A stretch of 64,000 nucleotides of DNA from IMG/VR virus record IMGVR_UViG_3300020185_004844; one strand, 5' to 3'. Source of the stretch: an uncultured virus (IMG/VR IMGVR_UViG_3300020185_004844). Its lineage: Duplodnaviria; Heunggongvirae; Uroviricota; Caudoviricetes. The notes beneath the pieces were generated by a model. The model ran no database searches and was not told the DNA's origin. It worked only from the letters and a program-made list of their open reading frames with translations. Both the position numbers and the translations under genes were made by a program. Below are positions 56,660 through 64,000 of this stretch, piece after piece; position 1 is the stretch's first letter, and every line of letters starts with the position of its first letter.

Positions 56660-57780
56660 GCAAAGTAAAAGAAACTACAGAAATCAAGCAAGCATTATCT
56701 TCATTCTTAAAACAAAATGAAGAGCACCACTATAACTTCGAAGAGGAGGTGGACTACAAGGTATCTTGTGGGAGCTTAAAGGTTGACTTTGAGCTAAGTG
56801 GAGGGCTGGGGCCCGGGCTACATAGATTTACAGGTATGAATGAGGGTGGTAAAAGCTCTGAAGCTCTTGAGGTTATGAAAAATTTCCTGCAAATGCCTAA
56901 CTCTAAAGGTGTTTATATTAAGGCTGAAGGAAGGCTTTCAAAAGAGATGCGAAAGCGGTGTGGCATTGACTTTGTAGATAAAGAAGATGACTGGGATGCC
57001 GGAAAATGCTTTGTTTTCGATTGTAATATTTACGAGACAGTGCTTGACTTAATGAGGATTCTAGTGGCTAAAAACCCTGAGGGCACAAAGTATTGCTTTG
57101 TCCTTGATTCCCTTGACGGCTTGATCATGAAGGATGACCTGAAAAAAGGTTTTGAAGATTCCCATAAAGTTGCCGGCGGGGCATTATTAGGGGCAAAGTT
57201 TATGCAGAAAATGAGTATTGCTTTGGCTAAAAGGGGGCATATGGCCCTATTCATTTCTCAGGTGAGGGCGGACATTAAGCTAGACCCATACAGTAAAGCC
57301 CCTATTCGGCAGACTACAGCTACAGGTGGTAATGCACTCTTACATTTTGCTAATTACATCCTTGAGTTCGAGCCTAGATTCAAAAAAGACTTGATACTTG
57401 AAAACCAAACCCAACCTATTGATCAGCAAAAAAATAAAATCATAGGCCATATAGCTAAAATTACAGTTAAAAAGTCTCCCAACGAAAAAACAAACTATAC
57501 GCTTGAATATCCAATTAAGTATGGAAGGACAAACGGAACATCAATATGGGTCGAGAGAGAGGTTATTGACATGCTATATCTTTGGGGTTATATCAGCAAG
57601 AAGGGGGCTTGGATTTCTGTGGAAAAAGACTTCATTGATTTACTTTCTGCCGAAAAATTAGATTTTCCAGAAAAGGTTCAAGGCGAACCTAAGTTAAATG
57701 CATTACTTGAAGACTCACCTGATTTGACTAGTTTCCTCATTGATCATTTTAAAAAACTTATATACCAAGAAAACAAATAA
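56656..57780 (+). CDS. RecA/UvsX-like recombinase
   Basis: Walker A GMNEGGKSS, Walker B FVLDSLDGL, ISQVR, TGGNALLHFA, KKGAW. Confidence 0.88.
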   Translation: MSKVKETTEIKQALSSFLKQNEEHHYNFEEEVDYKVSCGSLKVDFELSGGLGPGLHRFTGMNEGGKSSEALEVMKNFLQMPNSKGVYIKAEGRLSKEMRKRCGIDFVDKEDDWDAGKCFVFDCNIYETVLDLMRILVAKNPEGTKYCFVLDSLDGLIMKDDLKKGFEDSHKVAGGALLGAKFMQKMSIALAKRGHMALFISQVRADIKLDPYSKAPIRQTTATGGNALLHFANYILEFEPRFKKDLILENQTQPIDQQKNKIIGHIAKITVKKSPNEKTNYTLEYPIKYGRTNGTSIWVEREVIDMLYLWGYISKKGAWISVEKDFIDLLSAEKLDFPEKVQGEPKLNALLEDSPDLTSFLIDHFKKLIYQENK

Positions 57781-58191
57781 ATGATATTTAAAACATTGGT
57801 TGGGTCTACCAAACGAGTAAAGAAGCCTAAAAAATATTTAATTAAATGGACTGCTTCTAGTCGAAGCAAGCTGCAGTATTCTGTCAAAGAGTTTATTCAA
57901 CCTTACTGGGATATAGACATTGTATTTGAAGAGTTCCCTATAGCTGGCACTAAAATGAGTTTTGATTTTTATAACTCTAATAAAAACATAGCTATAGAAG
58001 TTCAAGGTGGTCAGCACTTAAAGTATACTCCATTTTTTCACGGAAAATCAAAGTCTACATTCCTTAGTCAAATAAGAAGGGATAATGACAAACAAAAATT
58101 TTGCGAATTGAATAATATAAAACTTGTCGAAATTTACCCCAAGGATGTTTTGTCAGAAGATTTATTTAAATCTTTTGGGATCGTCCTGTAA
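57781..58191 (+). CDS. Vsr/DUF559-like PD-(D/E)XK endonuclease
   Basis: FDFY...IAIEVQGGQH...RRDNDKQKFCELNNIKLVEI. Confidence 0.75.
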   Translation: MIFKTLVGSTKRVKKPKKYLIKWTASSRSKLQYSVKEFIQPYWDIDIVFEEFPIAGTKMSFDFYNSNKNIAIEVQGGQHLKYTPFFHGKSKSTFLSQIRRDNDKQKFCELNNIKLVEIYPKDVLSEDLFKSFGIVL

Positions 58192-58211
58192 CAAATGTGT
58201 AACTAAATATA

Positions 58212-58490
58212 GTGAGCGAAGAAATAAACCCAGATAGTTTTAACTCCTTTCAGCTTCCAGAAAGTATCTTAGAGAAACTTTTTGAGCTAACTGGAGATGC
58301 AGACCATAATAAAGGTTTTGTTCTAGCATATGTAGACCAACATGGAAACCCCATGGTCTATACTCGGTGTCAAAGTCAAATCATTGAAATGGGATTAAGG
58401 AAATCTCTCGAAAAATACTTGATCAGCTTAGAAGAAGCTGACCATATGTATGGCGCAGAGAATGATGACCCAGAAAATGGTCTTGACTAA
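58212..58490 (+). CDS. Hypothetical protein
   Basis: 92-aa acidic ORF preceded by the GTGTAA motif. Confidence 0.65.
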   Translation: MSEEINPDSFNSFQLPESILEKLFELTGDADHNKGFVLAYVDQHGNPMVYTRCQSQIIEMGLRKSLEKYLISLEEADHMYGAENDDPENGLD

Positions 58491-58511
58491 TTAATTTTTT
58501 TCTGCTAATAT
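58483..58511 (+). promoter_or_regulatory. sigma70-like promoter TTGACT-N17-TAATAT (extended TG) for the helicase gene
   Basis: TTGACT 58483-58488, TAATAT 58506-58511, ATG at 58519. Confidence 0.7.
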
Positions 58512-58518
58512 AGCCGTC

Positions 58519-60024
58519 ATGGTATTCTCCGCTGAAGTTGAAAAGCAATTGCTTGCTGGGCTCTTAAATTATCCCGACAAGTATGTTGAAATTGCTGCAT
58601 TTGTATCCTCTAACGATTTTTTCTTTGAGCCAAATCAAATAATCTATAGTTTCCTCAAATCAGACTATGAGTCTGGTAATTTTGTTGATGAAGTTATATT
58701 ATCTGAAAGAATTAGGCTCTCTGGAATAACCTTCGAAGACAATATTAATGTCTCGGATTACATTAAAGCTTTAAAGTTAAAGCGCTCATCGCAGTCTTCT
58801 GTTATTGAGTCTGCCAAAGAGCTTAAAAAGTTTTCTGTTCGTCGAGAGATTTCAGAAAGCGCGCAAAGCATAGTTAAAGAAATGAAAAGCATAGATTCGT
58901 CAAAAAACTTGACGGACATCATCAATAAAGCTGATTCGATTTATGCTGAGAATATTAATCTTTATGAGAATGGAGAAAACTCTCCTAAAAATATATTCTC
59001 TGAGATGGAAGAGGTGATCGAATTTCGAGGAAACAACCCGCGAACTGAATTTGGACCCAAGGGACCTCACTCAAGACTGCACAATCTTTATGGGTCTTTA
59101 TTGCGGCCTGGCAATATTACTACTCTTGTTGCTAGAACTGGTGTCGGTAAAACACAGTTCGTTATGGACTACTGCTTGAAAGTTTCCAAAGAAGAAGATA
59201 TACCCGTGCTTCACCTTGATAACGGCGAAATGAGCAAGGAAGAGCTAATGATGCGTCAATGTGCAGCCTTATCTAAAGTCCCCTTGCACTTGCTTGAAAC
59301 AGGTCAATGGAGAAATGCAGGAGAAGAGGTAGTAAACAAAGTGAGAAGTGTTTGGCCGATTATCCAGAGGTTTAAGTTTTACTATCAAAATGTAGGAGGT
59401 ATGCCTATTGACTCAATGATTCAAGTAGTAAAGCATTTTTACTATGGAAATATTAAAAGGGGTAATAAAATGATTCTAAGTTTTGATTACATTAAAACAA
59501 CCGCCGAAAAAGCTGGTAATAAATCTGAGTGGCAAATAGTTGGAGAGATGGTCGATAAATTCAAGAAGTTGATTCAGAGAGACATCGTCTTTGATGGCGA
59601 GCCTGTAATCTCTATGATGACAAGTGTCCAAAGCAATCGTTCTGGCATAACCAATAATCGCACATCTGATAATATTGTTGAGGACGAAAGCATTGTTTCT
59701 CTTTCTGATCGTATTACTCAGTTTAGTTCTCATTTATTTTCATTACGTCAAAAGACAATGGACGAGCTGGCCGAAGAAGACAATCAATACGGAACCCATA
59801 GGCTTACCTGTTTTAAATATAGGCACCTAGGGGAAAACATTCATAGGGCAATTCAGCCAGTTAGAATGCCAAACGGAACTGACTTAAGAAGAAATTTCAT
59901 TAACTTGAGTTTTGAAAATTTTGATATCACTGAAGTCGGAGATTTGCAAGACATGGTCGATGCACAAGTAGACGTTTCTTTAACTGACAACAACAATAAC
60001 AGAGACTTATCTATTGAATTATGA
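58519..60024 (+). CDS. dnaB: Replicative DNA helicase, DnaB family
   Basis: N-terminal DnaB domain (EKQLLAGLL..DFF), ARTGVGKT, EMS, DYI, QSNR. Confidence 0.9.
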   Translation: MVFSAEVEKQLLAGLLNYPDKYVEIAAFVSSNDFFFEPNQIIYSFLKSDYESGNFVDEVILSERIRLSGITFEDNINVSDYIKALKLKRSSQSSVIESAKELKKFSVRREISESAQSIVKEMKSIDSSKNLTDIINKADSIYAENINLYENGENSPKNIFSEMEEVIEFRGNNPRTEFGPKGPHSRLHNLYGSLLRPGNITTLVARTGVGKTQFVMDYCLKVSKEEDIPVLHLDNGEMSKEELMMRQCAALSKVPLHLLETGQWRNAGEEVVNKVRSVWPIIQRFKFYYQNVGGMPIDSMIQVVKHFYYGNIKRGNKMILSFDYIKTTAEKAGNKSEWQIVGEMVDKFKKLIQRDIVFDGEPVISMMTSVQSNRSGITNNRTSDNIVEDESIVSLSDRITQFSSHLFSLRQKTMDELAEEDNQYGTHRLTCFKYRHLGENIHRAIQPVRMPNGTDLRRNFINLSFENFDITEVGDLQDMVDAQVDVSLTDNNNNRDLSIEL

Positions 60025-61070
60025 CAGCTGATAAAATTAAAGATATTTTAACGAATCTAGGTTATAAGCTTTCTGATTTTGGGAATCATTGGAGGACAAG
60101 CGCCTTATATAGAGGGGGCAAAAATCCAACTGCTCTTCAGGTTTATAAAGATTCAGGCGTTTGGGTAGATTTTGTTAAAGATTCTTCCTACCTACCTCTC
60201 GAGTCATTGGTTTCTGCTACCCTACAGACGAATGACAAAGATGAGCTTAAAAAAATCTTAGGCGGATATGACTTCGCTAATACCCCTACTGAAACTATCG
60301 AAAAACCAAAATTAGTTATGGAAAAAACATACCCCTCTTCAATGCTTGATCGGCTACTTCCTCACTATAAGTTTTATAACGACAGGGGAATTGATTCATC
60401 TGTCCTGAAATCTCTAAGCTCAGGCTTAGCAACAGAAGGGGCGATGTATCAAAGATTTGTTTTCCCCATTTATAATTCCGACGGATCAATCTGCGGTTTT
60501 AGTGGTCGCGACATGTCTCCCAGCCCAAACAATCGTCCTAAATGGAAACATGTCGGGAAAAAATCATCATGGATTTATCCTTTTTATGTACCAAATCCTA
60601 GTGGAGAATCTATGCAATCAGCAATCTCCGAATCAGGCTCTGTGATTTTAGTCGAAAGTATAGGCGACTTATTAAACCTTAATCAAAATGGCATAAAAAA
60701 CGTTCTTGTTTTATTTGGCACATCAATATCTTCTGCTATGACATGCTTCTTGGTTGGCTCTGGTTGCTCTAAAGTTATACTATCACTTAATAACGACAAA
60801 GATAAAGATCAAAATCGCGGTAAGATTGGGGCATATAAGTGCTACTTGAAACTTTTGAATTACTTCAATAAAGACAACATAATAATACATTCGCCTCTCG
60901 AAAATGATTTCGGGGATATGTCTAGTAACCAGTTTCCTGAATGGAAGTCCTATTTGGATGAAGAAGAGTATATTTTTGATCAACCTTCTTACCAAAAAGA
61001 AATATTGCAATTAATCGAACAGAAAGAGATATCATCTAGTTCTTACAAAAATAAATTCTTCAATGAGTAA
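60021..61070 (+). CDS. DNA primase (DnaG-like, TOPRIM)
   Basis: RFVFPIY...GFSGR, PKWKH, ILVESIGD, LFGT, NDFGDM; directly after DnaB. Confidence 0.85.
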   Translation: MTADKIKDILTNLGYKLSDFGNHWRTSALYRGGKNPTALQVYKDSGVWVDFVKDSSYLPLESLVSATLQTNDKDELKKILGGYDFANTPTETIEKPKLVMEKTYPSSMLDRLLPHYKFYNDRGIDSSVLKSLSSGLATEGAMYQRFVFPIYNSDGSICGFSGRDMSPSPNNRPKWKHVGKKSSWIYPFYVPNPSGESMQSAISESGSVILVESIGDLLNLNQNGIKNVLVLFGTSISSAMTCFLVGSGCSKVILSLNNDKDKDQNRGKIGAYKCYLKLLNYFNKDNIIIHSPLENDFGDMSSNQFPEWKSYLDEEEYIFDQPSYQKEILQLIEQKEISSSSYKNKFFNE

Positions 61071-62127
61071 TCTAACACCCCTTTCCGCAAGTCGTATAAA
61101 GAAGGCTCAAAGTTGCTCTTGGAGCTACTGGGCTACATATATTTTAAAAGTCCCTGATCGTAGTAATGATGGAGCAAGTAGGGGTTGGATTTGCCACTTA
61201 ATCTTTGAATTGCTTGGGGCTGATAAGCATCGCAAAATTTATGATGAAATCATACTAAAAGACTCTATTTTTGCATGTGAACCAGTAAAGAGATTGGTCT
61301 TGTACCATGCTAAAAAGCTAAAAGTTAATGACCCGGAAAACTTAGAGATGATTAATGATATGACTTTGGCCGGACTTCATTTTGATTTTTTTGGTGGAGC
61401 AAGAGGCGAACCAGATCAAGCCATATCTGAGCAGGAGTTTAATATCACTGTAGATGAAGGTAAAAAACTTTATCGCATGCGAGGGTTTATTGATAAGTTG
61501 TTCCTTTATGAGGATTCAAGTTTAGCTGTAATTAGAGACTTCAAGAGTAGCAAGTCTGTCTTTAAAGGTAAAGAGGTCACAGATAATTTACAAGATCTTC
61601 TGTATACCCTAGCCGTCCGTAAACTTTTTCCTCACTTTAAAAAACGTCAAGTTGAATTCTTATTTCTTAAATTTGATTTGCATGCATCAGGCTGTGTTAA
61701 AATGTCGGAAATTAGTGAAGAAGAGCTGGAGGGCGTCGAACTCTTCCTGACGGGCATACAGACATTTCTTGACAATTTTGATGAAGACGACGCGGTGTCC
61801 AATTTTGCAGGAGCTCAAGGCTATCCCTCTGATGGGACATTTGGTGGTCCACTTATGTGCGGCAAAGATGGATATAAAATATCTAAAGGCAGCCCATTGC
61901 TTGACAAAGAAGGGAATCCAGTTGTTGCTTATATTTGCTCCTACAGGAAACCAATGAATTATTATGTTGTTAAAAATTCTGACGGCAAGATTATTAAATC
62001 TTACTTTGAAGAAGATAAAGACACTATCGTCTTAAACAAAGACGAGGGTGAAACATTAGAAGCAATGGAATATAAAGGCTGCCCGTATTGGAATAAGCCT
62101 AAAATAGATATAGATGACTTACTATAA
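61063..62127 (+). CDS. PD-(D/E)XK exonuclease (AddB/RecB-type)
   Basis: LSASRI...C, G..CH.IFE, RGFIDKL, IRDFKS, Q.LLY, C-terminal Cys cluster ending CPY. Confidence 0.82.
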   Translation: MSNLTPLSASRIKKAQSCSWSYWATYILKVPDRSNDGASRGWICHLIFELLGADKHRKIYDEIILKDSIFACEPVKRLVLYHAKKLKVNDPENLEMINDMTLAGLHFDFFGGARGEPDQAISEQEFNITVDEGKKLYRMRGFIDKLFLYEDSSLAVIRDFKSSKSVFKGKEVTDNLQDLLYTLAVRKLFPHFKKRQVEFLFLKFDLHASGCVKMSEISEEELEGVELFLTGIQTFLDNFDEDDAVSNFAGAQGYPSDGTFGGPLMCGKDGYKISKGSPLLDKEGNPVVAYICSYRKPMNYYVVKNSDGKIIKSYFEEDKDTIVLNKDEGETLEAMEYKGCPYWNKPKIDIDDLL

Positions 62128-62132
62128 GACAA

Positions 62133-62279
62133 ATGAAATCTGATATAAAGAATTTAAGCGAATTAAGTCGTAGAGAATTTGTTGCTAGTGCGGCCAAAGC
62201 TTGTTTAGGTGTCGGGCTATTGCCCATGGCTGGCTCGTATGTTCATACCCCACCCTTACTTGATGTGCTAGACTTTTAA
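62133..62279 (+). CDS. 48-aa ORF consisting almost only of a twin-arginine (Tat) signal peptide; possible gene remnant
   Basis: MKSDIKNLSELSRREFVASAAKACLGVGLLPMAGSYVHTPPLLDVLDF; not listed in the ORF track. Confidence 0.55.
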   Translation: MKSDIKNLSELSRREFVASAAKACLGVGLLPMAGSYVHTPPLLDVLDF

Positions 62280-62318
62280 TCTTGTATATTATTGTAATTG
62301 TGTGTGTACATTATTTTA

Positions 62319-62585
62319 ATGACACATTCAATAGAGGCAATTTGCCACGAATATGCTGAAGATTCCTTGTTTTCTCAAGATGTTTCAGAGTGCGGGGCGC
62401 CATTAAAGATAATTGTTCATATTAAATATGAATATATAGCAGAACTTAGTAGATTCTTGTCTAATTATGGATATGAATACTCTTCAAACAAAAAAAGCGG
62501 TAAATATTTTACTTTAGTTCATTTTGAATTATTAAATAAAAAAATTATTGACTGCAATAATCAAAACAGGCGGGGAGAAATTTAA
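62319..62585 (+). CDS. Hypothetical protein
   Basis: ATG 62319 lies 9 nt after GTGTAC; in frame with the ORF-track 62298 ORF. Confidence 0.55.
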   Translation: MTHSIEAICHEYAEDSLFSQDVSECGAPLKIIVHIKYEYIAELSRFLSNYGYEYSSNKKSGKYFTLVHFELLNKKIIDCNNQNRRGEI

Positions 62586-63749
62586 ATGTTTTTCGCAACA
62601 CTCATTTTCTTATCTGCTGTATCGATTTCATTAACCGCAGCATACTTTAGTGTTATTGGTCTAGCTACCATGTTCCCTGGCTCTAAAGAAGCTATCATTA
62701 TAATGGGAGGAGTGCTTGAGGTTGGAAAGTTAATTGCCTCAGTCTGGCTGCATCATAACTGGAATGACTCATTCAAGTTCTTAAAGAGGTACCTATTATT
62801 CTCGGTTGTTGTTCTTAGTTTAATTACAAGCATGGGCATCTTCGGGTTTTTGTCCCGATCTCATGTTGAGCACCATGCCTCCATGGAAAAGGAGCAGGCA
62901 ATTATATCTCAAATTGACCAGAAGGTTGCTCGAGAGCAAGAGTTTATCTCTCGAAAGAAAGAACGGCTAGATTCATTAAACAGCAATCAAAACTTTCAAA
63001 AAGATAACTCTGACAGTATAGTGCAGACATTACAAAAGAGGGTAGAATCTTTAAAGGTAGAGAAGATTGAATCAATTCAAATACAAGAATCTATAATTAA
63101 TAAATTAAATGATAGGTTATCTGACTTGGACACAAAACTTTCTTCAGCAAAATCCAGTGGCTTCCTTGGCTCAAGCAGCAAATACGACAAGATGTTATTG
63201 ATTCAAGAGGAGGAAAGAGAATTAATTAATAATAATAAATCTGCCGCCGAAAATAAAATCCAAGAGATTTCTAGTGATTTTGATAAAAAGGTGGCCGAAT
63301 CTAGAGATAAGATTGACTCCAGCCTTAGCCTCGGAACAGGTCAGCCTAGTGGCATTACTAGTGATTCTGGGGTGCAAAAAGAGATTGAGCAGGCATATGA
63401 CCGTATCTCTAACTTGGAGGCAGAGAAATTCGAATATGGATCCAAACTTAGAGCTCTAGAGGTTGAGGTCGGTCCTATATTATATATAGCGAATTTACTT
63501 AATGAGTGGGCGGGGGCTGATATAGAGACTAGTCAGGCTATTCGCATTGTTATTATTACCTTAATTTTTGTGTTTGATCCGTTGGCAATACTTTTATTAA
63601 TTGCCTCGACAATGACATATAGTCAGAGCAAAAAAGAAGAACTACCCCCCGATGTCAAAGAAATTAGGAATAAATTATTAATTGAACTTGAGGAGTATTT
63701 GAACGAAGGGGGTCTGGCTGACCACTTCATCGAACGGGTTAAGAAATAG
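62586..63749 (+). CDS. Membrane protein with long coiled coil
   Basis: N-terminal TM helices (AAYFSVIGL, LEVGKL, ITSMGIFGFLS), coiled-coil middle, EVGPILYIA...IFVFDPLAILLL. Confidence 0.75.
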   Translation: MFFATLIFLSAVSISLTAAYFSVIGLATMFPGSKEAIIIMGGVLEVGKLIASVWLHHNWNDSFKFLKRYLLFSVVVLSLITSMGIFGFLSRSHVEHHASMEKEQAIISQIDQKVAREQEFISRKKERLDSLNSNQNFQKDNSDSIVQTLQKRVESLKVEKIESIQIQESIINKLNDRLSDLDTKLSSAKSSGFLGSSSKYDKMLLIQEEERELINNNKSAAENKIQEISSDFDKKVAESRDKIDSSLSLGTGQPSGITSDSGVQKEIEQAYDRISNLEAEKFEYGSKLRALEVEVGPILYIANLLNEWAGADIETSQAIRIVIITLIFVFDPLAILLLIASTMTYSQSKKEELPPDVKEIRNKLLIELEEYLNEGGLADHFIERVKK

Positions 63750-63750
63750 C

Positions 63751-63779
63751 TTGACTTTTTGTCAAGATTGCGTTACTTT
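63751..63779 (+). promoter_or_regulatory. sigma70-like promoter TTGACT-N17-TACTTT overlapped by an inverted repeat
   Basis: CTTGAC-TTTTT-GTCAAG at 63750-63766; TACTTT 63774-63779; GTG at 63786. Confidence 0.5.
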
Positions 63780-63785
63780 GTATGT

Positions 63786-64000
63786 GTGACGCTTCCATTA
63801 TTTAAAAGCCATTTTTCCATAGGAAAATCTATACTTACATTAGATTCCCCTAAGATAGACGAGAACGCTGACAGTCCAGATTCTGTTTTTGATATAGCAG
63901 AAGAAGGCTGCCTTGATAAAGTTATCCTTATAGAAGATAGCTTCATGGGTTTCCTGCAGGCCCGAAAAGTTTGCGATGATCTTGGCAAGCAACTAATTTT
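63786..64000 (+). CDS. PHP-domain protein, likely DNA polymerase III alpha (DnaE-like) N-terminus; 3'-truncated
   Basis: MTLPLFKSHFSIGKSILTL...FDIA...VILIEDSFMGF...LGKQLI is open to the window end and resembles the DnaE PHP start; replication context. Confidence 0.65.
   Translation, partial: MTLPLFKSHFSIGKSILTLDSPKIDENADSPDSVFDIAEEGCLDKVILIEDSFMGFLQARKVCDDLGKQLI

Noticed and set aside
61063..62127. Cas4/CRISPR interpretation of the Cys-containing PD-(D/E)XK nuclease
   Set aside because: No CRISPR array or other cas genes seen; the helicase-primase context fits a phage recombination exonuclease.
63773..63988. 71-aa minus-strand ORF
   Set aside because: Antisense to the better-supported PHP/DnaE-like ORF on the plus strand.
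1..64000. Complete diversity-generating retroelement
   Set aside because: No reverse transcriptase ORF and no recognisable template repeat in the window; short AAC/AAT runs near 10093 and 59986 are ordinary Asn codons.
1..64000. tRNA/rRNA genes and stop-codon reassignment
   Set aside because: Intergenic gaps are short with no cloverleaf motifs noticed; conserved genes are full length in the standard code and all three stop codons are used.

Overview
This 64-kb window is a gene-dense, AT-rich segment of a large tailed dsDNA bacteriophage (Caudoviricetes); the long ORFs read cleanly in the standard bacterial code. 1-11.7 kb: adhesin-like FGE-sulfatase-domain protein (5'-truncated) and a lambda-type tail-tip module (gpL, gpK, fused gpI+gpJ with lectin-like inserts). 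11.7-19.1 kb: minus-strand block with sigma factor, SSB, a Whirly-like protein, a possible Rad52-like annealase and GT4/GT9 glycosyltransferases. 19.3-27.1 kb: glycosyltransferases and GDP-mannose-derived nucleotide-sugar enzymes (aminotransferase, GNAT, gmd, fcl). 27.2-33.6 kb: NrdA, a membrane-anchored subtilase, Nudix, a Tyr-less class Ic-type NrdB and a J-domain protein. 33.8-54.2 kb: an island of about 15 glycosyltransferase-like genes (3 fucosyltransferase-like), 6 sulfotransferase-like genes, 2 methyltransferases, GDP-mannose 3,5-epimerase and an embedded GHKL ATPase. 56.3-64 kb: replication genes (RecA-like, DnaB, primase, exonuclease, start of a DnaE-like PHP domain). Two upstream motif classes are visible: sigma70-like TTGAC-N16/17-TAnnnT promoters and a GTGTAW motif 8-11 nt before start codons, both suggesting leaderless mRNAs. 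The best candidate for a new system is a phage-encoded pathway for sulfated, methylated fucose/L-galactose glycans. A marine PVC-group host is a weak inference. All family calls are motif recognition by eye, not database searches. No tRNA, rRNA, CRISPR array, integrase or reverse transcriptase was seen.
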